In this document: positions 21,286 to 31,194 of the stretch, piece after piece | How positions within the stretch are numbered: the first letter of the stretch is position 1 | Layout of the letters: each line of letters begins with the position of its first letter | Origin: a virus | Virus record (IMG/VR): IMGVR_UViG_3300042557_000098 | DNA: 64,000 nt | Reading direction: 5' to 3' (one strand) | Notes under the pieces: generated by a model | What the model was told of the DNA's origin: nothing | Databases searched by the model: none | The model's input: only the letters and a program-made list of their open reading frames with translations | Made by a program: the position numbers and the translations under genes

Positions 21286-24200
21286 TTATTTATATTTGTT
21301 TAACCAGCCACCTTTGTTATATTTTTCCCAACCTTTACCCAGATTTTTATATGCAGGTTTAAATGATTTAAAAACCTTTTGTGGATTAAGAATGTTATAT
21401 TCACTATTATCTCTAAGACCATATATACCAAGATCTTCTGCTATTTTAGCAGCCTCAGGACTTAGTCTTCTAAAGTCAGGATTAAGATTCTTAACTGGTT
21501 CCATTTGACTAAATGTTTTCCAGTCAACTATTCTAGGATTTTCAACAAACTCACCTCTATGTATGTATGCATCTCCTCTTCCCATTGCATAGTTTTCAGC
21601 ATTCTCACTAGCAAGTTTTGGATAAAATCCTTCTACATCTCTAAGAGGATTTGGAGAACCTTCCATATGCATCCAAGTATTAGGAGTTGCATAGAATCCT
21701 CTTGAAGTTGGAGAAGTTGCACTTTGAATAGGCAATCCTTCTCTAGTTGTTCTAATAGCACCTGCGTCTGAAATAACACTAGGACCACCATGATATACAG
21801 TTTTAGGTAATTCACTATATGGAATTGCTTCAAACTCTGGTGTCATGTATGGAGCTAGTTCTCCTGTTGCTGGTTCCTTATATCCAACGTTATCATAAGG
21901 TAAAGTTGTTCCTTTGTAAGGAGCAGGAATTGGACCTCTTACAACTTGTTCTGAAGCAGTTGGTTTAGGAACTTCTTTATATCCTTTTAACCAATCTTTC
22001 TTTAATATTTTTCCTTCAGTTATAGGTACATCTCTTTGAGCTATTTGACTCCATTCTTTTTTACCATATCTTTTTCCCCAGTCAGAAGCTGCTCTTGGTA
22101 CCTCAGCAATAAAACCTTGTCCATACTGATCTGCTATATCAAATCTAGGAGTATAGTAAGCTTTACTAAATTGTCTAGTAGTATTAAAGTTACCTATACT
22201 AGTAGGAGTTACATTTTGTTTAGCTCTAAACAGACCACTCTGTACTGCATCTTCCATTCCTTCTTTACCAATTCCTCTAAACATTGCATCCTTAGGAATA
22301 TTATATTGATATGCTTTAGGATTAAGTCTCCAAGCGTTGGAAAGTAATCCAGACTCCATTGATTGAGTAACCTTTCCTGGAACTTTCAAAGCACTTCCTA
22401 AAGGATCTATTCCTAATGCTCCTGTACCAGCAGCCAATGCTAAAGATGTTGCAATAGCTTTAGGATCTCTTGCTGCAACTGATTCTCCTAGAGCATCTGC
22501 TAAGACACCTACGTATGTAGCTGGATTAATATATTCATCAAATATTTCTCCTGCCCCACCAACACTACTAGGAAACAATCTAGCTTTATCTTCTGTATAC
22601 CAAGATCCAGGAGTATTCAAATCTCCTTTTGTAGCTATGTTCTTTTTTCTTTCTGCTATAACTTCTTTAGCAGTATTTAATGCTTTCTTCTGAGCTTGGT
22701 CAGAAGTAGCTACTGCTTCTAGTCTTTCTCTATCTGTCATCTTTCTAGGAATGACATTTCTTGTAGCATCTTGACGCATTGGTTCAGTAGCATATTTCTT
22801 TAACCAATCTCCATTCTGAGCCATTGGATACTCTGTAACCTTCTCACCATCAAACTTATAATCTTGATCAGGATACATCATTTGTGTATCACCTGTATCA
22901 GATACACCAAGTACAGGATAGTCAACTCCCTGCATAGTGATTTCATTAGAACCTATCTCTGTTACCTCACCTGGGTATGCCCATTGTCCTCTGTCATCTC
23001 TTATTGGTTCACTGTAGTTATCTAACCATCCACCATTTTTCTTTTTATTCAACGTTCTATACATTGCTTCTTGTGGAGATTCAGAAAAGTCAACTGTATT
23101 TATTCTCTCTAGGTTTCTTTTAAACATAGGATCTGATTCATAAATACGTCTTTCTTCTTCTATTGCAGCTTTTCTTAATTGTGATGGAGTTAGTTTTTTA
23201 GCAGGTTCACCACTTTGTTTTGCAAGTTCTTGGTAATCCTTTTCTAGTATTTTCATTCTTCTTTGAATCGCCTTCTCCATATTGTAATTAAACCAAGTGT
23301 TTGTTATACCACTTGGATCATTTGCACTTGCATCTCTTATTTCTGTTGCCTTTTGATCACCTACTCTAAATACATTAATTTTTTTACCTTTATAGTCTTG
23401 TGCTTCAGGATTTAATGTATATACATAAGGTTCTTTACTTTCTCCTCTTGTTGCCTGTCCATGTTTATATGAATTATAAACCTCAACACTGCCATCAGGG
23501 TTTGAACCTAATACAATATTAGTATGATCTGGAATACCTTTTTCATTATAGTATTGTATAAAATCTCCTGGATTTAAGTTTCCTTTTTGTATTATATCAG
23601 TTAACTCATTAAATTCAATAGGTCTTCCTTTTACTTTTTCAAATCCAGCAGCTTTATAGTTTTTATCAAATGTTGGATTATATTCTACTACTTTACCTTT
23701 TGTTCTTGATTCTCTTACACCTTGTTTTTCATTTCCTACACCAGAGAAGTCAACACCCAAATCTTTATACACATTACATACACCACCTATACATGTTAAT
23801 GATTGATCTATTCCAGACTTTACAGCACTTTCTGATAATTGATATGGAGTGTTAGCTTTAATAGCTTCTATTACTTTCCATGCTGCAGCTTGTCCTATGT
23901 TTCTTTGAGAAGTTGTAATTGGTTTTATTTCCTCTTTCTCATTAGGAATAGTTTTTCCATCTTGACTTATGCTCTTAGGTTTGAAGTCTAATCCTTCTTG
24001 GTAGAACTTCATCTCTTGACCATTCTGAGCACTTGCTTTTGTCTTCTTAGTATACTTACCATTAGCAGGAGCTGAGCCAGCTACACGTGCGTACGTGAAT
24101 CCTACAGCACCTGGCATGCTACCACCCATAGCAAATCGCCCACCCCATGCAGGAGAATAGTCCCTACCCTTAATGTTATATCCAAGTCCTACAAAGTCAG

Positions 24201-24312
24201 GACCTACAGACGCTTGGACATCATTAGGATTAGCTTTCTTGCCATAGTTATCCTTAGTCTTTTTCTTTAAGACTAAGCCTCCTTGTTCATATTTGTCTAA
24301 CCAGTTAGCCAT
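21286..24312 (-). CDS. 1008-aa virion-associated protein with an NlpC/P60- or CHAP-like cysteine peptidase domain (Cys174/Cys178 ... His263). Shares a GFTYARVA octapeptide with the capsid protein and has an internal G[GD]WLxxY..EP.R.D repeat
   Basis: Cys...His papain-fold signature (LTCIGGVCNVY ... PDHTNIVLG) between roughly residues 140 and 300; long ORF with an ATG start; TAATG-coupled to the downstream gene. Confidence 0.75.
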   Translation of the reverse strand: MANWLDKYEQGGLVLKKKTKDNYGKKANPNDVQASVGPDFVGLGYNIKGRDYSPAWGGRFAMGGSMPGAVGFTYARVAGSAPANGKYTKKTKASAQNGQEMKFYQEGLDFKPKSISQDGKTIPNEKEEIKPITTSQRNIGQAAAWKVIEAIKANTPYQLSESAVKSGIDQSLTCIGGVCNVYKDLGVDFSGVGNEKQGVRESRTKGKVVEYNPTFDKNYKAAGFEKVKGRPIEFNELTDIIQKGNLNPGDFIQYYNEKGIPDHTNIVLGSNPDGSVEVYNSYKHGQATRGESKEPYVYTLNPEAQDYKGKKINVFRVGDQKATEIRDASANDPSGITNTWFNYNMEKAIQRRMKILEKDYQELAKQSGEPAKKLTPSQLRKAAIEEERRIYESDPMFKRNLERINTVDFSESPQEAMYRTLNKKKNGGWLDNYSEPIRDDRGQWAYPGEVTEIGSNEITMQGVDYPVLGVSDTGDTQMMYPDQDYKFDGEKVTEYPMAQNGDWLKKYATEPMRQDATRNVIPRKMTDRERLEAVATSDQAQKKALNTAKEVIAERKKNIATKGDLNTPGSWYTEDKARLFPSSVGGAGEIFDEYINPATYVGVLADALGESVAARDPKAIATSLALAAGTGALGIDPLGSALKVPGKVTQSMESGLLSNAWRLNPKAYQYNIPKDAMFRGIGKEGMEDAVQSGLFRAKQNVTPTSIGNFNTTRQFSKAYYTPRFDIADQYGQGFIAEVPRAASDWGKRYGKKEWSQIAQRDVPITEGKILKKDWLKGYKEVPKPTASEQVVRGPIPAPYKGTTLPYDNVGYKEPATGELAPYMTPEFEAIPYSELPKTVYHGGPSVISDAGAIRTTREGLPIQSATSPTSRGFYATPNTWMHMEGSPNPLRDVEGFYPKLASENAENYAMGRGDAYIHRGEFVENPRIVDWKTFSQMEPVKNLNPDFRRLSPEAAKIAEDLGIYGLRDNSEYNILNPQKVFKSFKPAYKNLGKGWEKYNKGGWLNKYK

Positions 24313-25178
24313 TACTTATAAGAGATTTGAGCAGGTGCAATAATGAATTGAGAAACTATATGTGCTTCAGAGCTATTGTCAAGGATGTGTCTCACCTTAA
24401 GATCTTTGGCTCTCAATGGTTCTTTCTTAAATGAACGTTTTCCATAATCCATATTCACTTGATTTACAATCTTATCTATTGATAAAGATTCACAACTTAT
24501 TCTAAACAAAGGTATGGATTTATTCTTAACTAATCCCCAGAATGTATTGTATTGATAGAAGTTATCTGACTTAGTATAAGTGATAGTCTTGCTAAAGTCA
24601 TTGTATATTGGGTAAGCTAAGTATTGTTTTAGGTTGTTGATTGGCTTTGGTACAAGTTCTAATATACCTGTAGACTGCTGTCCATTGTATAGAACAGCTT
24701 TGTTAAACCATTGATTATCAACCTCTATCTTAGCAGTTTCATTAACCACTCCATCTACAGATGGTATATAGTTATACACCTTACTATAGTCTTTAACATT
24801 CTGAAGTATCTCATCATAGCTTTGATAAGCAAATGGATATTCAATTATGTATGGTTCTACATTACCATAGTATTTGTTATAATGTATTGTATCATCTAAA
24901 TGCTTCCATATAGATCCTGTGTTACATACAGTGTAGTCTAAAGCAGCTAGTTGTTCTTTTGTAGCTGTACCAATTGTAACATTAATGCTAGTAGAACATT
25001 TACCTTTAGATCTTATAATTATTGTAGTAACAGAGTCAGCAACACTAACAGTATATCCATCAATAAGGTCTTGTTTAGTAATGTCAATGCCCAAGACTGT
25101 CCCTAAGTTATCAGAGATATCAAAGGGTCCTGTTCTGCCACCTGAGCATGTTAATCTTATTATTACTGTTTTAGCCAT
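24312..25178 (-). CDS. 288-aa fibre/spike-like protein carrying the shared N-terminal GPF[DN]-SN module (most divergent member)
   Basis: Its N-terminal 70 aa align with the N-termini of the 25189..25623 and 34746..35369 products. Confidence 0.7.
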   Translation of the reverse strand: MAKTVIIRLTCSGGRTGPFDISDNLGTVLGIDITKQDLIDGYTVSVADSVTTIIIRSKGKCSTSINVTIGTATKEQLAALDYTVCNTGSIWKHLDDTIHYNKYYGNVEPYIIEYPFAYQSYDEILQNVKDYSKVYNYIPSVDGVVNETAKIEVDNQWFNKAVLYNGQQSTGILELVPKPINNLKQYLAYPIYNDFSKTITYTKSDNFYQYNTFWGLVKNKSIPLFRISCESLSIDKIVNQVNMDYGKRSFKKEPLRAKDLKVRHILDNSSEAHIVSQFIIAPAQISYK

Positions 25179-25188
25179 TTATATTAGT

Positions 25189-25623
25189 TTAATTACATAT
25201 ACAAGGAAAAGCAATTAAAGTATTATTAATTGTTAAACTTGGATAGGCAATAGTCATAGCTGATTGTAATCCTTGAGCAACATATTGATAACAATTTGGT
25301 GTAGGTGCATTATCATCTTGTACATTTCCTGTTGTTATTAATCCTATCTTATAGTAATAATCCAATGTATCACATCTTTGATATACAAATATGTAAGGAT
25401 CATCAATAGGCATGTCTACAAAATTAGCACACGCTCCTGTAGATTTAACTCTACAAATTGTTGTTAAATCAGGAACAGCATTTGATAAATATCCTGTAAG
25501 CAAAGACGCTTTAGGAACTGCTGATTCAAATGCTACAGCATAAGCATCTGCATTTGAAAAAAGATCAAAAGGACCAGTATTTGCTCCTGCAAAATTTAAA
25601 CTTATTGTTGCTGAAAATGGCAT
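25189..25623 (-). CDS. 144-aa small fibre-like protein with the shared N-terminal GPFDLFSN module
   Basis: Paralogous N-terminus shared with 34746..35369 (motifs GPF[DN]L[FY]SN..Y, GY..N.VPD, R[VK].STG.C.N[FY]). Confidence 0.7.
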   Translation of the reverse strand: MPFSATISLNFAGANTGPFDLFSNADAYAVAFESAVPKASLLTGYLSNAVPDLTTICRVKSTGACANFVDMPIDDPYIFVYQRCDTLDYYYKIGLITTGNVQDDNAPTPNCYQYVAQGLQSAMTIAYPSLTINNTLIAFPCICN

Positions 25624-25644
25624 ATTGTTTTATTTTATATTATT

Positions 25645-28600
25645 TTAACATTCAAACCCAGTGAAAACTACATTTACGTTATCACAACCTGCAATACATT
25701 GACCATCAATTGCAGAAGGAAGACTTCCTATTCCAACAAAAGTTGAACCACTGCCTGATGAATTGTTATTAAGTATTGTAACAAATACAGTGACATCACC
25801 ATATGGAACAGTAGATACAACTACATCTACTATAGTATCTGCATTCACATTACCATTAAGAATTACTGTTGAATCTATATAAATTTCTCCTAATATATCA
25901 GAAGCAGTTCCAGTAACAGTAGTTACATTTCTTGTAACAGGGGCTGCAGTTGTAGTGGTAGTAGTAGTAGAGGAAGTACTAGTTGTAGTTGTACATACAA
26001 CACATGTTCCTACATCAAATGTAGCAATTCCAGATACATTAGGATCATTAATTATTGCAGCTCTATAACTATTACCAGTGCGAACCCATACTGGTACACC
26101 AGCTGGAGCTAATACAAACTCATCACATTGAATTGCAGTTGCAGAACAGAATGGAGGATCAGTTAATATTACGTTTGTCATTGCTAAAGCAGTACCACAA
26201 GCATCATCAGGACCTGCTGAACTATATCTATAAAGAGATGGTTGTGGTGTAGTGGTAGTGCTAGTTGTAGGAGTAGGAGTTGTTGTACTTGTTGTAGTAA
26301 CAGCTACACGTATAAATTCTCCTGCTGTTAATCTACAATCAGGTTCTGTTGTAAAAGATCCTGGAATTAACATACAGTCAAAAGGCACAGCAGTTGTGGT
26401 AGTAGTAGTAGTACTAGTAGAAGTAGAAGTTGTTGTGGTAGTAGTTTGTTGTGAAGCTGTTCCTCCTAAAAGACAAGGATATCCTACCACTACAGCTGTA
26501 CCAGTTAGGTTACAGTATATAATTCTTGTTGTTGTTGTAGTTGTGGTTGGAGAAGGTATTGGTACAACTGCCACTGCTGTGACATCACAACCTTCATTTA
26601 ATCCAGAATAGAAGAAACTGTTTTCTCCTATATAGAAGTTAGGAAGATATGTATGAAAACTCACCCAACTCTTTGTATTGAAATTAAATGAAACAGTCCA
26701 TGATTTGTTACAGAAGTATTCAAGATCTGTCACCTCGATATATTTCTTAACTACAAGATCACCAGCTACTGGTTGGTCAACATAAAACTGTTTAACCACC
26801 TCATCATAAAATACCTCTTTACCTGGTTGTGGAACATAGTCTAACTTAGTAATTATTACTCTTTCAAATACACTATCATACACACCATGAATACCAATAT
26901 TCTTGAAATGATTATCTGTGTTAACTGTTGGGAAGTATCCTAGTATTTCAAATGCTAAATGATTTGTAAAGAATCTATTAAGACCAGAACCAAATCCTGA
27001 AATATCAGTTGCTTGTGTTCCTTGAATTAAAAATACTTGACATCTCTTAGCATCAATAGTTATCTGCCCTTGAGGTATCTTAAGCAACATCTTATTTTGA
27101 CAACCAACATATCCAAGATCTGTCTCAGCATAATCAATAGGAGGAGCACCACTAAATAATGAAGGATTACCTAAATAAGCTGCTTGAGGATTACTTGTAT
27201 CAATAGTTAACAAGTTACCATATAGTAATGTCTTGTTTTCAAATCTAGCTAATGTAGCTCTATTTTGAATACCATCTAAAGATATAAGATTACCATAGTT
27301 TTGAGGGAAATCAAAGAAGCTCACTGGACGATATATCAACCAGCTATTTATTCTATTATCAGAATAGCTTTCTTGTCTGTCAGAATATATTGCTCTGAAT
27401 GGGAAGTTTTTATAACACAATTGCTGTACCCAATCTGCAGGTAAGTGAGAGAAGAAGTTCTCTACGTTCTGTTTAGAGAAGGTTGTATTGTAATAATAAG
27501 TATTATCAAAAGCAATAGGAACTCTACTTTCTTGGAACCAACTGTCAGGAATACCTGAACTTACGTGTGGATAGAAATCACCTTCTAAGTTATTAAATGC
27601 CTGACGTAAGTCTACATTAATAGAACTCTCTACATAATAGTAAGGAATACCATAAGCAAATAAATACATCTTACCACTATATACATAATTCAAAGAACCA
27701 GCTGTCACTGTTCCTGGAGCAGGTGTAGTTGATGTAGTTGTTGTAGCATTGTCAGCAATATCATCATTAGGACAATCAAGATAATGTGCTTTGGTAGAGA
27801 TTATATTCTTCATTACAGTAGCATTTACTGTATAATCAGATAATATAGATCTTGCTGAGTACCAATATTGTGGGTAAGCTACATTACCTATCTCATCATA
27901 GTATATATCAGAATCATCTGGAGCATTCACTCTATTGTCAATAAAGAATGGAAGCTTTGTTTTAAATCCAAACTTACCAATATATGTATCACCACCAAAT
28001 ACCACTTCAGGATCATTAGCAGATATTGCACTGAATATTCTTTGGAATCCTGTGTCAATGGTTTGATATGAATAGATTTGTCCATATTGAGCATTATTAA
28101 TAGCCTTTATAGAACCATAGTAAGATACTACTTTGATATTTCTCTGAGCTTCAGGACTAGCACAGTTTTCTGCTTCTGAAATTGTAAATCTTGAATTGTC
28201 ACTAATTTGACTTATACCTGCTACAACAAGAGAAGGAGTATCATTAGGATATGGTAAAGGTGATACAGGTATTCCATTTCTAACATCAATAGTTTTAACA
28301 TAAACTGAAGACTCTCTGTTCCAGTTATTAAGATCATAATTATCACCTACATTCTGTACACCTGGAAATACGTATTGAGCTAGATCAAGTTGTCTTTGTT
28401 TAATTCCTTGATTATTAGAAACATCTGCACTATAGTCATAACTAGATATAGAGTTAAATGAATATGCAAAGTTTTGTCTACTAATACCATTGATATAAAT
28501 CTGTAAGTAAGTTTGATATGCTGTAAAAAATGCTATAGGACTAAATCCCCCAAGATCAGCTATTCTCTTACTAGAGTTCAAAGCATCAACTTGTGTTTGT

Positions 28601-31194
28601 TCAGTGATAAGCTTATACATAGCATGTTTCTGCACTTCAACAAAATGAGCTCTTCCTCCACCAAATAATACACTCTCTAACTTAAGAACATTACCTAGTG
28701 TAGGTTGTCCAAAAGAAGTCTCTGGAGAATTAAATACTTGTCTGTAAGCAGACTCAGGATTATTAAATCCATCTAATTTATTAGGATAACAATTTAAGTT
28801 TTCACTTGTGTTGCTAGCTACTATTTTATAATTAGTTGTTCCTGATACTCTTACAGGGAAAGTGGTAGAATTAAATGTTTTAACGTTGTTACCACTTACA
28901 AAAGTACCTACTGTTATACTTTGTAATGCTCCTGTAACTGAATTTGTATAATTAAATGTAACAGAAAGAAAAGAGGAATTATTTGTAATTGTATAAGTAG
29001 TAGTTGTAGTATTTGTAAATGTTGCAGAACCACTATTTACAACAGGAAGTGTAATAGAACATATTTCAGTGGTGCTACTATCAAATGCTTGTGTATCTGG
29101 TTCTCCTGTAAAACAGTTTGTGTATTGTAAGATACCAGCAGTTGTCACTGATACAGAGAACGTATCACATTGAGAATTATACGCATTGTTTCTCTCAAGC
29201 AAGAATGGATCTTCATTTAAGTCATTGTATGGATAGTTAGGATAGTAGTAGTATGTAGCATTAGGATCAGCAGGATCTTCTCTAGTGTATTTACCTACAT
29301 TTCTAAGAATACCTTTAGCAATAATAGATTTGTTTGTACTTCTATTACCCCTTACTATTTTAAATCCAGCAATAGATGCCTTCTCTTCATTTGTTAAACT
29401 AGAGCTTTGAATAGCAAATGCCACTTGTTGTACATCTATCTTCACACCTATTGGATAGATGGCATTAGCAACTTGCATTACAGGTTCTATTTGACCTCCA
29501 GAATATATAATACTTGGACTCTCAAAGTAAGGACTTACAAGAACATCAGGAAACTTATGGTGTCTAATTGGTTTACCAGCTAAGTCTCCCCATACGTCTA
29601 CGTTACATGGATACTCTTCAGTAGATTCCCAATATGCAAAGTCTCCAGATTGATAAGGATAGGCATCTCCTATCTTCCTAGTATTGTCTGTAGGAACAGG
29701 ATAGGTTGTAGATACACTAGCTGTGTTATATATTTTCCAATTAGGACTATATTTATAAAGTGTAACAGGTTCAACATCAGTAGCAGTACCTATAAAGTCA
29801 GGAGTTGCGTTAGGACCAGTTTCATAAACAGGAGTTAAATCATTAGAAATTGGTGCTCTACCAGGAATATGAAAACCATCTGTTTGCTTACCATTGGTTA
29901 ATAAGAATACAATTTCAAATGCATAGACCTCATCTCTTAAATATCCTCTTAAGTTGGAAGTATAAAAACCATTAGCATAGGTATTACCAGCTGGTAGTTT
30001 ATATGTCTCCCATTGAAGTTGTACTTGATTAGCAACGCTTTGATAGTTGATTCTATCAATAGAAGTTAAGTTGTCCCAAACAATAACATCTTGTACGTTT
30101 GTTACATCTTGAGCAATCTCATAATAAGGAAACTTTTCAAGAACATCTGCAAGACTCAAAGGAATCTGAGTTGTGTTCTGTCCTGTATAAGTGATTGATG
30201 TAGACCTTTCTTCAATGTTATATGTTCCCACTAATTCTACAGTGGTACCATTATTAATGGTTTTTATAACAGCTAAGTTAAAGTATTGGAAGTATCCTGT
30301 AACATCTAAGTTAGTAATATTTAATACAATAGATTCACCTACAGAATATTGAAAATCAGGAGTTGTTATTTCTGTATTAGCAATAGATGTAGGATTAGTT
30401 ATAGAGAAGTAGGATGTATAAGCATCTCCTGAAGCATTGCCATATTGAATAGCAAACTGATAAGTACCAGCTTTTAAATCTCCTCCTACAACAATTTCAG
30501 AAACTTCTATATTAGGAATTTGAAAGTTAGGTTGTACATCTAACTTATTACAATCAAGAACTCCTTGTCCATTTACTACTAGAATAGTTGGAGCACAAGT
30601 GTTATCTCCTTCATATGAAAAAACATATGGAACTTGCTCAATATTAATATATCTTCTTGGGTTCAATCCATCAGTCCAATAAACCTCAGTGGTACAGTTA
30701 GTTATCTTATGTACAGCTTTGTGTATTGGATAGTTTATATCAAAGTTTAAACAGTCTGAGTTAGCACAAACTGTCAACTCTGTATCAGGAATAGGAGTAC
30801 AAAGTGTGCGATATACACAATCATTGTTATCCATATATCCAATCTCACTTCCTCCTGTTTGAGGATTCGCTAAGAAGAATATGTGTTTGTTTTTCTCTTG
30901 TATGAAATGAGTTCCAATAAGCTGAAAACCTTCAGGAAACTCTAAGCAAGCTTCATTACTTGGTTCATTCTGATAGCTTACAGAATTAGCGTCAAAGTTT
31001 TCTAATGCTGCGTTTAGAGCATAAGAAAGCTTACCCTTCTGTATTTGATTTACAGAAGAGTCCATGTCTAATCCAACTCTGCCAAGATTAAATTCTTGTC
31101 TTACGTTAGATGTTCCTTGATTATCTATTCCATCCTCTGCCATATCTTGAGCTTCTATTTGGTAATTCATATTGTCCAAAGCGTTGTAAGTCAT
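25645..31194 (-). CDS. 1849-aa tail protein with Thr-rich linkers and Cys-containing small domains in the C-terminal third (tail hub or receptor-binding candidate)
   Basis: Long ORF with an ATG start at 31194; the start overlaps the upstream gene by 74 nt, so the true start may be an internal Met. Poly-Thr/Ser stretches lie at roughly 25900..26600 in DNA coordinates. Confidence 0.8.
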   Translation of the reverse strand: MTYNALDNMNYQIEAQDMAEDGIDNQGTSNVRQEFNLGRVGLDMDSSVNQIQKGKLSYALNAALENFDANSVSYQNEPSNEACLEFPEGFQLIGTHFIQEKNKHIFFLANPQTGGSEIGYMDNNDCVYRTLCTPIPDTELTVCANSDCLNFDINYPIHKAVHKITNCTTEVYWTDGLNPRRYINIEQVPYVFSYEGDNTCAPTILVVNGQGVLDCNKLDVQPNFQIPNIEVSEIVVGGDLKAGTYQFAIQYGNASGDAYTSYFSITNPTSIANTEITTPDFQYSVGESIVLNITNLDVTGYFQYFNLAVIKTINNGTTVELVGTYNIEERSTSITYTGQNTTQIPLSLADVLEKFPYYEIAQDVTNVQDVIVWDNLTSIDRINYQSVANQVQLQWETYKLPAGNTYANGFYTSNLRGYLRDEVYAFEIVFLLTNGKQTDGFHIPGRAPISNDLTPVYETGPNATPDFIGTATDVEPVTLYKYSPNWKIYNTASVSTTYPVPTDNTRKIGDAYPYQSGDFAYWESTEEYPCNVDVWGDLAGKPIRHHKFPDVLVSPYFESPSIIYSGGQIEPVMQVANAIYPIGVKIDVQQVAFAIQSSSLTNEEKASIAGFKIVRGNRSTNKSIIAKGILRNVGKYTREDPADPNATYYYYPNYPYNDLNEDPFLLERNNAYNSQCDTFSVSVTTAGILQYTNCFTGEPDTQAFDSSTTEICSITLPVVNSGSATFTNTTTTTYTITNNSSFLSVTFNYTNSVTGALQSITVGTFVSGNNVKTFNSTTFPVRVSGTTNYKIVASNTSENLNCYPNKLDGFNNPESAYRQVFNSPETSFGQPTLGNVLKLESVLFGGGRAHFVEVQKHAMYKLITEQTQVDALNSSKRIADLGGFSPIAFFTAYQTYLQIYINGISRQNFAYSFNSISSYDYSADVSNNQGIKQRQLDLAQYVFPGVQNVGDNYDLNNWNRESSVYVKTIDVRNGIPVSPLPYPNDTPSLVVAGISQISDNSRFTISEAENCASPEAQRNIKVVSYYGSIKAINNAQYGQIYSYQTIDTGFQRIFSAISANDPEVVFGGDTYIGKFGFKTKLPFFIDNRVNAPDDSDIYYDEIGNVAYPQYWYSARSILSDYTVNATVMKNIISTKAHYLDCPNDDIADNATTTTSTTPAPGTVTAGSLNYVYSGKMYLFAYGIPYYYVESSINVDLRQAFNNLEGDFYPHVSSGIPDSWFQESRVPIAFDNTYYYNTTFSKQNVENFFSHLPADWVQQLCYKNFPFRAIYSDRQESYSDNRINSWLIYRPVSFFDFPQNYGNLISLDGIQNRATLARFENKTLLYGNLLTIDTSNPQAAYLGNPSLFSGAPPIDYAETDLGYVGCQNKMLLKIPQGQITIDAKRCQVFLIQGTQATDISGFGSGLNRFFTNHLAFEILGYFPTVNTDNHFKNIGIHGVYDSVFERVIITKLDYVPQPGKEVFYDEVVKQFYVDQPVAGDLVVKKYIEVTDLEYFCNKSWTVSFNFNTKSWVSFHTYLPNFYIGENSFFYSGLNEGCDVTAVAVVPIPSPTTTTTTTRIIYCNLTGTAVVVGYPCLLGGTASQQTTTTTTSTSTSTTTTTTTAVPFDCMLIPGSFTTEPDCRLTAGEFIRVAVTTTSTTTPTPTTSTTTTPQPSLYRYSSAGPDDACGTALAMTNVILTDPPFCSATAIQCDEFVLAPAGVPVWVRTGNSYRAAIINDPNVSGIATFDVGTCVVCTTTTSTSSTTTTTTTAAPVTRNVTTVTGTASDILGEIYIDSTVILNGNVNADTIVDVVVSTVPYGDVTVFVTILNNNSSGSGSTFVGIGSLPSAIDGQCIAGCDNVNVVFTGFEC

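Noticed and set aside
26252-26611. 119-aa plus-strand poly-Val ORF.
   Set aside because: Antisense reading of the poly-Thr (ACN)n tracts of the 1849-aa gene.
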